Source: Octopus sinensis
Taxonomy: Eukaryota
DNA length: 64,000 bases
Direction of reading: 5' to 3'
Assembly (NCBI RefSeq): GCF_006345805.1
Contig: NC_043000.1
Coordinates: 141,174,001-141,238,000 of the forward strand
The position numbers and the translations under genes were made by a program. Positions 52,378-64,000 of this stretch are shown one piece after another. Below the pieces are notes generated by a model that was given only the letters and a program-made list of their open reading frames with translations, was not told where the DNA came from and did not search any database. The stretch's first letter is position 1, and every line of letters starts with the position of its first letter.

Positions 52378-52418
52378 GTCTTACAGCTGGGATATTGGGG
52401 ACATCCCTTCATCAGAGA
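52378..52418 (-). ncRNA. Hammerhead relic with the GAAAC strand missing
   Basis: TCT-CTGATGA-A-GGGATGT-ccccaATATCCC-[no GAAAC]-AGCT-GTA-AGA. Confidence 0.5.
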
Positions 52419-53358
52419 TGATGTGAGAGGGTTAAATAGAGGGAAATATTAGAGTTCAATATAGGAGTTATTTGGGAAAAGGAAGCAAATAAGGAGTGTA
52501 TAGGGAAATAGGAGAATGAATTTAGAAATAAAAAAATTAAAATGTATAAAGGTGCTAAAGTTGCAATTCCATTATCCAAAGTAAGTGGTGTGTAGAAGTG
52601 GTATAAATGCTGCCTGTCCATGGTATGTAAATTCCAATAAGAGTTCATATTCTGTCATCACAAATGGAAAGTGTGAAGACATGGATTCCATGTGCTGTTC
52701 ATTCAAAGGAGTCTTGTGGTAAGAATGAAAAGTGGAAAGAGAGGGAAGAAGAGATGTGCATGTTAAAATGAAGAGAGAGGTCAAAGGAAAAGGTGAGAAA
52801 AAAAGAAGGAAAGAATGAGGAAGGGAAAAGGTAAAAAGGTGTAAGGAAGTGAAAAAACTGAAAAGGAGTGTTAGTTGGTGGTCAAGATATTAAGAGGGGA
52901 GATGGGAGAGGAGTAGGGGAGGGGTAGGATGAGATAAGAATGTAAGTAATGTATATGTATGACATGTGTGAGGTGGAGTGATATGTTAGAATGACTTTAA
53001 GAGATGGGTACAGAAAAAGGTATAAGAGGGGTTTTTTTAAAGTGAGAAGTAAACTACAAAATGGAAGGGAAAAATACTAAAAAATGGTCAAGTTTCCATA
53101 AATAGACTTATGTGTTTATTCTACTGGCTAATGCGATAGTGTGCATAGAGGAACCAGAGAGAAAGAAATAAAGAAGTGTATATTGATATTTGCACGCACA
53201 CATGTGCATATATAGATGTGTATGTATGCATTATTACATATTGGCCTGCATACGTGTGTGTGTATACATATATATATATATATGTAGGTCCCAGGTTGAG
53301 TCGGGGTTAACCACAGTAAATAAGGTACTCAATACATATATATATATATATATATATA

Positions 53359-53488
<130 letters not shown>

Positions 53489-54082
53489 TATGTATATATA
53501 AAGAGAGAGAGAGGTAGGTAGAAAGATAGATAGAGATATATAGAGATAGATAGATAGATAAAGACTAATTTCTCAGCAAGTCTTTCCATATATTCTCATG
53601 TTATAGTAATGTAGAATTCTCTGTGCATGACGCAAAACCATAACAATGAAATAATACAATATGCATGTTAAAATGTACTTGACAAAATACATAGGGAAAA
53701 AGAAATATGAATACAAAAATACGTATCTATTTTTTCCTGTACCCATTCATAAAGTTTCATATTGTATTGTATCATCAAGAGAAGGGAAAAAATATTTATA
53801 CGTTGTAGCAGTTCTTTGTAAATGTATTCGTTTCCATTTAACTTTTGTTATGTATTTTATTATCATGCAATTATTTCTATGGTTACACATCAGCATGTCT
53901 GAATGGTTAAGGAGTTTACTTTGCAATGATGACTTCCTAGGTTTTATCCTACTGCATGGAGACTTGTAATTATCTTTTTGCCTTAGCTCTGCAATGACCC
54001 AAGCCTTGTGAGAGAAACTGGTTAGGCAGAAAGTATTTGCAGCCTGTCAGAGGGACAGATATCCAAATAAAATAAAATAAAT

Positions 54083-54285
54083 CATCATCATCATCATCAT
54101 CATCGTTTAACGTCCGCTTTCCATGCTAGCATGGGTTGGACGATTTTGACTGAGGGCTGCTGGCAAACCAGATGGCTGCACCAAGCTCCAATCTTGATCT
54201 GGCAGAGTTTCTACCACTGGATGCCCTTCCTAACACCAACCACTCTGAGAGTGTAGTGGGTGCTTTTTACATGCTACCGGCACGG
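54083..54285 (-). mobile_element. RTE 3'-end insertion with a 22-bp TSD
   Basis: atccaaataaaataaaataaat at 54061-54082 and 54286-54307. Confidence 0.92.
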
Positions 54286-54508
54286 ATCCAAATAAAATAA
54301 AATAAATAAATAAGGTAAACTAAAATAAAACCTGTCTGACAGTGGTCACTGAGTTATTAATCTGATAATTATAAAATACAAAGTTATATCTTGAGATCGC
54401 TAGTGAATATAAGTATGTGTTTGATCTTTCTGTGGATTTTGTAATGTTCCTTTAGTTGCTGCTCACATTGCCTCCTCTCGGATTAAAAAGTGTCTGATAA
54501 TTATATAT

Positions 54509-54906
54509 AGGCGCAGGAGTGGTTGTGTGGTAAGTAGCTTGCTTACCAACCACATGGTACCGGGTTCAGTCCCACTGCGTGGCATCTTGGGCAAGTGTCT
54601 TCTGCTATAGCCTCGGGCCGACCAAAGCCTTGTGAGTGGATTTGGTAGACGGAAACTGAAAGAAGCCTGTCGTATATATGTATATATATATGTGTGTGTG
54701 CATGTATGTTTGTGTGTCTGTATTTGTCCCCCTAGCATTGCTTGACAACCGATGCTGGTGTGTTTACGTCCCCATCACTTAGCGGTTCGGCAAAAGAGAC
54801 CGATAGAATAAGAACTGGGCTTACAAAGAATAAGACCCGGGGTCGATTTGCTTGACTAAAGGCGGTGCTCCAGCATGGCCACAATCAGATGACTGAAACA
54901 AGTAAA
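54509..54906 (+). mobile_element. SINE family A, full length
   Basis: Near-identical to 9230-9644. Confidence 0.88.
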
Positions 54907-55258
54907 AAAAATTTTTTTTAAATGTATTCATGTCTTTGGAATATATTGCCACTTACTATTTCAATGAAAACTCTGTTTTACTGCTTAAGAATTAAAACAC
55001 TTATTATTGAAACTGACACAAATCCATTAACATTTCTATACACTCACAATACTCATAGAAGGGATTAAATTCATTTTATTTGTTATTAACTAAACCCTTT
55101 TTTTTTTAGTTATGCTAAACTTTTTGTAAACTTTACACACACACACACACACACCACACACACACACACATTATTAAGGTGGCTGTTTGCAATTTACAAC
55201 CAAAAGGTAACTAATATATTTGTTACTAAAGTAACTGAGAGTACTACTCAACACCAGC

Positions 55259-55454
55259 ATTGCTAGAAATAAGAGTCAAAACAACTCTTAGTTATGTGAG
55301 AGCACTTTTCTAATGACTGACATATGTATGTATGTATGTATATATGTATACATACATACATACATACATACATACATACATACAAATATATGCCAGTCAT
55401 TAGAAAAGTGCTCTCACAAGACTAAGAGTTGTTTTGACTCTTATTTCTAGCAAT
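55259..55454. repeat. Palindrome with 67-bp arms around a (GTAT)n to (ACAT)n switch
   Basis: attgctagaaataagagtc...gactgacatat versus atatgccagtc...gactcttatttctagcaat; 3 mismatches. Confidence 0.93.
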
Positions 55455-55729
55455 TTCCACGTCCTTGCGTTGTTGTGTTTTCTCTTTGATCATATACACC
55501 CTGTATATATATATTTATGTCTGGTTGGATCCTCAAAGTGCAAGGTCGGTTGATATAAGTGGGGACAGAGGAACAAAGATTGTAAACTGTTACATGATTG
55601 CATTGGCGAGTGAGATATGAAGAATTTGATGAAGGAAAGAGTGAGGGCAACAAATGTAAAAATGGACAGGGTTGAAGGATAGACATAGTGAATGGTTGGT
55701 AAAGGACAGGAAATGACCTATGTTAAAAT

Positions 55730-55918
55730 GACCACATGTAAAAGGCACCCACTACACTCTTGGAGTGGTTGGTGTTAGGAAGGGCATCCAGCTGTAGAAA
55801 CTCTGCCAGATCAAGATTGGAGCCTGGTGCAGCCATCTGGTTTGCCAGCCCTCAGTCAAAATCGTCAAACCCATGCTAGCATGGAAAGTGGACGTTAAAC
55901 GATGATGATGATGATGAT
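55730..55918 (+). mobile_element. RTE 3'-end fragment
   Basis: Shared terminal segment followed by (GAT)n. Confidence 0.85.
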
Positions 55919-55929
55919 TTATTTTATTT

Positions 55930-56333
55930 TATTTGGATATCTGTCCCTCTGACAGGCTGCAAATAGCCTTTCTGAGGAAGCCCTTTGAACCTTGGTTAAA
56001 AAAGCAAAGGATCACCTTGAAGACAACCATACTATTTATGCAAGATAATGTGCCCTCACACTCACTGAAGGTATCTGTAGAGTATCTGCAACAACTAGGT
56101 TTCTGGGGAATCTTGGAAGGTGAAACGACCTGCCTGTTCCCCCAATTTAGACTAACAGAAAACTTTTGGGGTTTTTCTAAAGCAATGTATTTACGAGAAT
56201 GGATACCAATTTAGGAGAAAGGATGAATTGTGGCATGCAAAAGTAGATGCATCACATGGTATAATGTCAGAGGACATCCAGACGGTAACATGTTCCATAG
56301 ACCAGTGCCTTTTCCAACTTATTTCAAACAAAA
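55930..56333 (+). mobile_element. Tc1-like transposase fragment
   Basis: ILFMQDNVPSHSLKVSVEYLQQLG...TENFWG corresponds to FMQDNAPxH...WPPxSPDLNPIENxW. Confidence 0.7.
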
Positions 56334-56564
56334 GGCGGTGAGCTGGCGGAAACGTTAGCATGCCGGGAGAAATGCGTAGCCGTATTTCATCTGGCGTTAC
56401 GTTCTGGGTTCAAATTTCGCCGAGGTCGACTTTGCCTTTCATCCTTCCGGAGTCGATAAATTAAGTACCAGTTGCGCACTGGAGTCGATATAATCGATTT
56501 AATCCATTTATCTGTCCTTGTTTGTCCCCTCTGTGTTTAGGCCCTTGTGGGTAGTAAAGAAATA
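56334..56564 (+). mobile_element. SINE family B inserted in the Tc1 remnant, 14-bp TSD
   Basis: tatttcaaacaaaa at 56320-56333 and 56565-56578. Confidence 0.9.
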
Positions 56565-57463
56565 TATTTCAAACAAAACCTCATATATCCGTTATTAACT
56601 ATCTCACCAATCATTTTTGAATGCTGTTTTTGGTTTATTTTTATTTCTTCCACCTTTATGATTGTGTGTTCATTTCAGTATCAACATTATGATATTTTCT
56701 TGTTTACATGAGTTTTCATTACACCTTGCTAATAATTTAAAGCAGTGAAAGTTTACGTAAATTTGGTAAATGTCCATATTTTCTGTGTTGTTTTACAGAA
56801 CCTTATGTTTTTTACACACCATGCGCTTATAACTGCTGCCATTATTCTGTGAAACTTTAGTTGAATTCCGACAAGTGGTTTTTAAATAAAATTTTAAAAT
56901 ATTATATGTGTGTGTATATATATATATATATATATGTATATGTATATTTGCATGTTTTTTTTCTGTATATCTACAATTAGTTTTTTCCTAAATAACTTTA
57001 AATACCACTGGGTTTTCACCCCAATCGAATACAGAATAAATAGTAGCATATAGTTTTGCTATCAAGTAATAATCATCATCATAATAATTATCATCTTCCT
57101 CCTCACAATTGTCGTCATTATCATCATCATCATCATCATCACCATTCCTGCATCCCTTTTCTGGAATAGATTGTAAAGTTCATTTGAATACAACTTTTCT
57201 GCATTTGCTGTACTCCTTTGTAATTTTCTTTGTCAAATCTTGCATCTAGAAATCAAACCACATCTCTTTATCCAATGTCTTTAATCTTCGTCTTTCACAA
57301 GTTCCTTCAATCTTATCATTAGTAACTTTTTCTCCCCCCAACTGCTATTCTATAATATATAAAACATAATTTACTCCTCTTAAAAATTATTTATCACTGT
57401 CAACATTAACTCTGTAAGTTTAATATTAGTAATGGTTAAATAAAGCCAATCCATTTGTTGTAG

Positions 57464-57583
57464 GTATGAGAAAAGAGCAGCATTTTCTGCAACCTTTCTC
57501 AGAGGCTATTTTTGTTTGCATGCATTTGCTGCTTATATCACAAGAAATGTTATTTGTAACATCATTATTACTGTTATTGTCAT
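57464..57583 (+). CDS. Candidate exon (xMRKEQHFLQPFSEAIFVCMHLLLISQEMLFVTSLLLLLS)
   Basis: tttgttgtag|120 nt, phase 1 to 1, open|gtatga. Confidence 0.35.
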
Positions 57584-58089
57584 GTATGATTGAGGTTTAC
57601 ATATTATAGAGGGGTATAGTTTTGTAATACATGATTCCGTTTAAGCTGCAACTGTATAGGACAGGTGCTTCCCATTATTTGACAGTTTCCCAAGTTTTAA
57701 TATCTGTTTTATTCCAGCTAAGATTAAGCAATAAAGTGATTATCAAAATAGTAGTAAGCACCTAAATTGTTGGTTGTAAAAAGTGTGAGAAAATAACTTA
57801 TAATATGGTCTTTTAATTGAATATCAAATAACAGATGTTTATATGATGGATATTTAATATTTCTCATATTCTTTTAATTGTTTCCTCATATTCTTATTTG
57901 TTAGATTTTGTGTGGTAAAACCACAGACTAATGTTAGATTTTGTGTAGTAAGACCACAGTTTTTCATTTCCTTGCTGAAAAGTGAAAACACTCAGACTTA
58001 TAAAATTTATAAAGCAAAATGATTAATTACTAGATAATTCTCTAAGCCTGAAAATACCGAACTTAAACCTCACTTTCTGTCACACACAC

Positions 58090-58700
58090 TTATATCTATA
58101 GAATCTCCAACCATCAGCTGTATTTAAAAATCTACTTATGATATCAGCAGACAAATCACTAATCTATTGGGGGATACAACAGCGACACACTCTTTAACAA
58201 AGAGTCAATAGTAAAGATAGAGTAAAAAGTGGCTTAATTGACAAGTTAGTGTATATAGAAGATTTCTCACCCCAACTACGAATCCAAAGAAATTTATAAA
58301 GAGAAAGTTAATCTAATTTAGTCTTCCATTCAATGTAAATGTTATTATTGATACAGCTAGCAGCTTCCTGACACTAATTAGATAGCATTTCCTAGAAACC
58401 TAAAGATATCATAAATTCTTTAATTGCCCTAACATCAAGAATAGCTACTCATACATAGTATCATTGCTGACATTAAAAACTTCTTACAAATGCCATCATC
58501 AAAACAAACAAGAAAATGAACATCACAGTATACAATGGTGTAGAGACCAAGGTGGAAGAGCTGGTTGTGGTACCAAGAAAAAAATGCCTCCTGGGTGCTC
58601 TGTGAAAAAGTTTTAGGGATAGGGATCACACTGAAAAAAGATTTACAGGTCTTAAACTATGGAAGAAGTGGGACTCTATAAAGATTGGATGATATATATA
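58090..58700 (+). mobile_element. Penelope-like element ORF remnant (RT thumb and linker)
   Basis: YIYRISNH, DISRQITNL, KSGLIDKLVY and PFNVNVIIDTASSFLTLIR*HF..RYHKFFNCPNIKNSYS match the PLE consensus YI...SNHP / I.rRI..L / kSGy..kL.Y / PPfs.nV.tnig..Fl.li.kHFp..h.yhk.FN..n.k.SYS; ends in (TA)n. Confidence 0.8.
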
Positions 58701-59384
58701 TATATATATATATATAATTTAACCTTTAAAGGTATTTTTTGATATGCTGGCCATTGATAAAATTTTTTTCCCGAAAAAAATTTTATCCTACATTAGTTAT
58801 ATATATATATAGATATATATATATATATATATGCATATATATAATAGAAATATTAAAATTACTAAGCCTCTCTAAAGGAGATTACTGGAAATTGATATAT
58901 TAGTATACATGCATGCGTGCAAACACACACACACACACACTTACACACAAACATTCATAAAGAGTCCTGATATTAATTAAAAAAAACATATGCTATTTCA
59001 TTCATTTTTGTTCGATTTTTTTATAATATATATTTTGACACTGTCAAAATGTACTGTCCTAAGACAGGATATTGCCTCTAATCCATTATACAGTGGAGAT
59101 ACAATTGTTAGTGACTAAGGAAATAAAATTGAATACAAAAGCATATGTATGTCTTAAATGACACTCTTGATTCTAGCAGCTGCAGTTGTTTCAATTTCAA
59201 CATGTGACATCAGATCAAGTTACTCATGAAACAAGTACTGGTCCTCTTTCAGTTGCTAATCATAATATTTTCTCTAACAATGACTTGATTGCATTTTAAT
59301 AAGTATATTTCCACTACTCAATTCAACATCTATGGGTAAAGAGATACGTAAACACAAGAGAGTTTTTAATAAAACTAAAACTTC

Positions 59385-61992
59385 ATCATCATCATCATTT
59401 AGCGTCCACTTTCCATGCTAGCATGGGTTGGACGGTTCAGCTGGGGTCTGGGAAGCCAGAAGGCTGCACCAGGCCCAGTCTGATCTGGCAATGTTTCTAC
59501 GGCTAGATGCCCTTCCTAACGCCAACCACTCTGTGAGTGTAGTGGTTGCTTTTTATGTGCCAGATGGGGCTGGCAAACAGCCATGGTCGGATGGCACAAG
59601 GGCGAGGCGAGGCTGGCAATGGCCATGATTGGATGGTGCTTTTTACGTGCCACTGGCACAGGGGCCAGCCGGTGTTGGCAACGGGCACGATTGGATGGTG
59701 CTTTTTACGCGCCACTGGCATGGAATCTCGTGAGGGCGGCGCTTGCAATGGCCACGTTCAGATGGTTTGCTTACGTGCCACCGGCACTGGTATCACAGTT
59801 ACAATTTCCATTGATGTTGATCGATTTCGATTTTGATTCTGATTCTCACTTGCCTCAACAGGTCTTCACAAGTAGAGTTTTGTGTCCCAAGAAGGAAAGG
59901 TATGCATTAGTGGACTGGCTACATCCCAGGTAGAGGCCATGGGTTATGGCCTAACTTGTCCTGCCGGGTCTTCTCACGCACAGCATACTTCCATAGGTCT
60001 CGGTCTCTAGTCATTTCCTCGGTGAGACCTAAAGTTCGAAGGTCGTGCTTCACCACCTCATCCCAGGTTTTCTTGGGTCTACCTCTTCCACAGGTTCCCT
60101 CAACCGCTAGGGTGTGGCACTTTTTCACACAACTATCTTCATCAATTCTCGTCACATGACCATACCAGCGCAAACGTCTCTCTTGCACACCACAACTGAT
60201 GCTTCCTAGGTCCAACTTTTCTCTCAAGGTACTTACACTCTGTCGAGTATGAACACTGACATTACACATCCATCGGAGCATACTGGCTTCATTTCTTGCG
60301 AGCTTACGCATATCCTCAGCAGTCACGGCCCATGTTTCACTACCATGTAGCATGGCTGTTTGTAAACATGCATCATACAGTCTGCCTTTTACTCTGAGCG
60401 AGAGGCCTTTTGTCACCAGCAGGGGTAAGAGCTCTCTGAACTTTGCCCAGGCTATTCTTACTCTAGCAGTTACACTTTCAGCACACACACCCCAGCTACT
60501 GACTTGGTCACCTAGGTAACGAAAGCTATCAACTATTTTCTCCCTGGAATGTGGTGGAAGTTGGTCTCTGCACATTTTCAGTGTTTATTGCTCCTGAACA
60601 TCTGTCACATACAAAACCTATTTTCATAGTTAGCCTTCCTTTGACATTGCTGCACCCCTTATGTGTCCATAGCTTACACTTGGTGCATCTTATAGAGTTT
60701 CTACCTACGCCTTTTCTACAGATCGAGCAGGGCCATCTACCTGAAGGCGTTTCTGATTTGTCTACCTTCCTACTTATTAGGACTTTGGTTTTAGCTAGGT
60801 TGACTCTAAGGCCCTTCGATTCTAGTCCTTGCTTCCACACCTGAAACTTCTCCTCCAGTTCTGATAGTGACTCAGCAATTAGATCAAGGTCATCAGCATA
60901 GAGGAGCTCCCAGGAGCATCCTGTCTTGAATTCCTCCGTTATTGCCTGGAGGACTATGATAAATAGGAGGGGACTGAGGACTGAACCTTGGTGGACACCA
61001 ACCTCTACCCGGAATTCTTCACTGTACTCGTTGCCAACCCTCACCTTACTAGCAGTGTCCCTGTACATGGCTCGCACAGCTCTCACTAACAATTCATCTA
61101 TCCCTAGTTTCCTCATTGACCACCAGATAAGGGATTGGGGAACCCTGTCGAAGGCTTTGTCCATGTCAACAAAAGCCAGGTACAGGGGCTTATCTTTGGC
61201 TAGGTATTTCTCCTGCAGCTGTCTTACCAGGAATATAGCATCAGTAGTACTTTTCCCTGGCACGAACCCAAACTGCATCTCATCTAAACTAACTCTCTCT
61301 CTAATTAGTTGGGCTATGACCCTCTCCGTAACCTTCATTACCTGATCCAACAGCTTGATACCCCTGTAGTTATTTGTATCTAAAGCGTCACCTTTACCTT
61401 TGTAGCAGTTGACTATTATGCTGCTACACCAGTCATTGGGAATGACTCCTTTGTGGTTAACTATATGGGTGACTAGGCTATAGCCAACGCTACCTGATAT
61501 TTTGAGCGTCTCTGCAGTAATTCCTGATGGGCCTGGGGCTTTCCCTGTCTTCATGCTTCTAATTGCCTTAGCTACCAAGGAACTGTCAACTCGGATAGCT
61601 GGTCCCTCTGTTGGGTCGACATTCGGCAGACTCTCTTTATCCCATTCATTTTCTTTATTAAGCAACCTTTCATAGTGGTGTCTCCAAACCTCTCTCTTTG
61701 CATCCTCATTTAGTGCAAGTGAACCATCATCCATGCAAACACATTTCTCTCCAACCACATCACGATTCTCTCTCACACTGTCTTGCAACACGAAATACCT
61801 CAAGTCTTTCATCCTCACGTCACAGAATATTGCCAAATTTTTTCTTATCTGCCTCCCCTCTGGCTAAATACACCTGTCTCCTAGCTTCCCTTCTGGCAGT
61901 CTGATACACTTCCCTGCTACCACCGTTCTTCCAGTCCTTCCAAGCCAGTTTCTTTTGTCTAATAGTCCTGTCAACAATATTGTTCCACCACC
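59385..61992 (-). mobile_element. RTE-clade non-LTR retrotransposon, 5'-truncated: RT ORF, 3'UTR subrepeats and (GAT)n tail
   Basis: ORF 60529-61836 has GKAPGPSG, KGKGD...NYRGIKLL, QFGFVPGKST.DAIF, FVDMDKAFDRV, GVHQGSVLSPLLF and LLYADD. Frameshifted continuation 59919-60575 has FRYLG, LRWYGHV and GRGRPKKTW. 3'UTR and tail run to 59385. Confidence 0.95.
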
Positions 61993-62260
61993 ACGTTATT
62001 TTAAGCTGTATTGAAATGTTCTTCTTGGAAATTGATATTACTATGAGACTAAATATACCTGCCTATACCTCTGTGTATTTATATCTCCATGACTCATCAA
62101 TAGTTAAATATATCACATGACAAAAGTTCAAGGGAAAAAATCTATAGCACATCCCCCATGTTACAAAAGCATTACACTTCAGAAATTTTTGCTGCAATGT
62201 TGAGTTCCGTAACAAGAAACCTATTTTCACATTGACTTCCATTAATATGTTTTGCATTAT

Positions 62261-62665
62261 AGGCGCAGGAGTGGCTGTGTGGTAAGTAGCTTGCTTACGA
62301 ACCACATGGTTCTGGGTTCAGTCCTACTGCATGGTGCCTTGGGTAAGTGTCTTCTATTATAGCCTCGGGCCGACCAAAGCCTTGTGAGTGGATTTAGCAG
62401 ACGGAAACTGAAAGAAGCCCTTCGTATTTATGTATAAACATATATGTATGTGTGTGTATATGTTTGTGTGTCTGTGTTTGTTCCCCCCAACATTGCTTGA
62501 CAACCGATGCTGGTGTGTTTACATCCCTGTAATTTAGCAGTTCGACAAAAGAGACCGATAGAATAAGTACTAGGCTTACAAAGAATAAGTCCTGGGGTCG
62601 ATTTGCTCAACTAAAGGCGGTGCTCCAGCATGGCCATAATCAAATGACTGAAACAAGTAAAAGAG
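62261..62665 (+). mobile_element. SINE family A, full length
   Basis: Near-identical to 9230-9644. Confidence 0.88.
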
Positions 62666-63197
62666 TATTACAGAACTCTATATTACAATAAAATTCTCAT
62701 GAACACAACACTGTTATAAAATGGTGAATTGCTTGAATATTGCTGCACTTGTTAAGTAAACAATAAATTAAATAGCTTATAGAAGCCTCTACCTTGACAT
62801 AGATGGGCAACAAACTGGTTCAAATTTTACCTCTGAAGGATGCTCTATGATGTAGCACTTTGATCTATGCAGAATGACCAAAATCTCCCTCATGTTGCAC
62901 CCTACTGTCTTAAACGTTTTGATACTAATCCACCTGAAATTGCTCCTAGTTCTATGATACAAACTTCCAGTTATAAAGTAATCTAAATTAAAAACATCAT
63001 TGAAAATTTCATGTTTATTTATGCTTCAAACACTAGCTTAATAATGGCATTACTATTTTATTAAATTCTTCCATAATTTTCAAAATTTATAAAAAAATTA
63101 AATCGGAATATTTCAACAGAAATATGCTAACAAAAGGTTGTCTCTAGAGATTTTCTAAAGAAAAATATAGCCAGCACTGATTTTGCCAAACCCTAGC

Positions 63198-63846
63198 GGT
63201 TGAGGAAACCTATGGGAGAGGTAGACCCAGGAATATCTGGGATGAGGTGGTGAAGCACGACCTTTGAACATTGGGCTTCACCAAGGCAATGACTAGTGAC
63301 CGAGACCTTTGGAAATATGCTGTGCTTGAGAAGACCCAGCAAGCCAAGTGAGACCATAACCCGTGGCCTATGCCAGGGGTATATCCAGCCCACTTATGCA
63401 TACCTTTCCTTCATTGGACACTAAACTCTGCTTGTGAAGACCTGTTGAGGCAAGTGAAATCAAAAGCGAAATCAAATTCAATGATAGGCATCTGTCCTAG
63501 TGGAGTGCTAAGAGCACCATCCATGTGAGATCGTTGCCAGAGCAGCTGATTGGCTTCTGTGCCAGTGGCACGTAAAAAGCACCATTTGAGCGTGATCATT
63601 ATCAGTGTTGCCTTACTGGCACATGAAAATTCATTTGAGCGAAGTCGTTGCATGTGCTGCTGGACTGGCTCCTGTGCAGGTGGCACATAAAAAAAACATT
63701 ATTTGAGCATGGCTATTGCCAGTACCACCTGACTGGCCCTCATACCGGTGGCACATAAAAGCACCCACTACACTCTCAGAGTGGTTGGCATTAGGAAGGG
63801 CATCCAGCTGTAGAAGCAGACATTAAACGATGATGATGATGATGAT
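63198..63846 (+). mobile_element. RTE 3' fragment (ORF end, 3'UTR subrepeats, (GAT)n)
   Basis: GRGRPRNIWDEVVKHDL*TLGFTKAMTSDRDLWKYAV matches the end of the 59919-60575 ORF; different subrepeat variants. Confidence 0.9.
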
Positions 63847-64000
63847 ATTTCATATCTGAGATGCTTGATCTAAACAACAATGAGATCGAAGGTGAAAAAT
63901 GGGCCATGGACATATAAGGCATATTTCAAGAGTTTTTGATCCTTCATCAACCCATTAATCATCCATGAACACAAGCCACTAAATATAATGTTGTAGCATT

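Noticed and set aside
57900-57960. 33-bp tandem duplication
   Set aside because: Ordinary local slippage duplication.

Overview
AT-rich eukaryotic animal DNA, dense in repeats and microsatellites. The SINE and LINE families look like those of octopus (recognised by eye, not by database search). Almost all ORFs in the supplied track are simple-repeat artefacts. Recognisable content: a 5'-truncated RTE-clade LINE (59385-61992, minus) with many 3'-end copies ending in (GAT)n; two full-length decayed mariner elements, a mariner MITE and a Tc1 fragment; three tRNA-type SINE families, several with target-site duplications; two non-autonomous Helitron/Helentron-like elements; and several Penelope-like element (PLE) remnants (GIY-YIG and RT-thumb/linker motifs). 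The most striking signal is about ten type I hammerhead-ribozyme folds from several unrelated-looking repeat families. They are mostly embedded in (TA)n tracts and often lie inside long palindromes. One 325-bp palindrome carries two core-intact hammerheads, and one 397-bp unit with 76-bp terminal direct repeats looks like a retrozyme. A second signal is a series of small splice-bounded plus-strand ORFs from about 15 kb to 57.6 kb. One is split by a SINE with a target-site duplication, suggesting a decaying multi-exon gene that tentatively resembles MEI1. All folds and alignments were done by eye.
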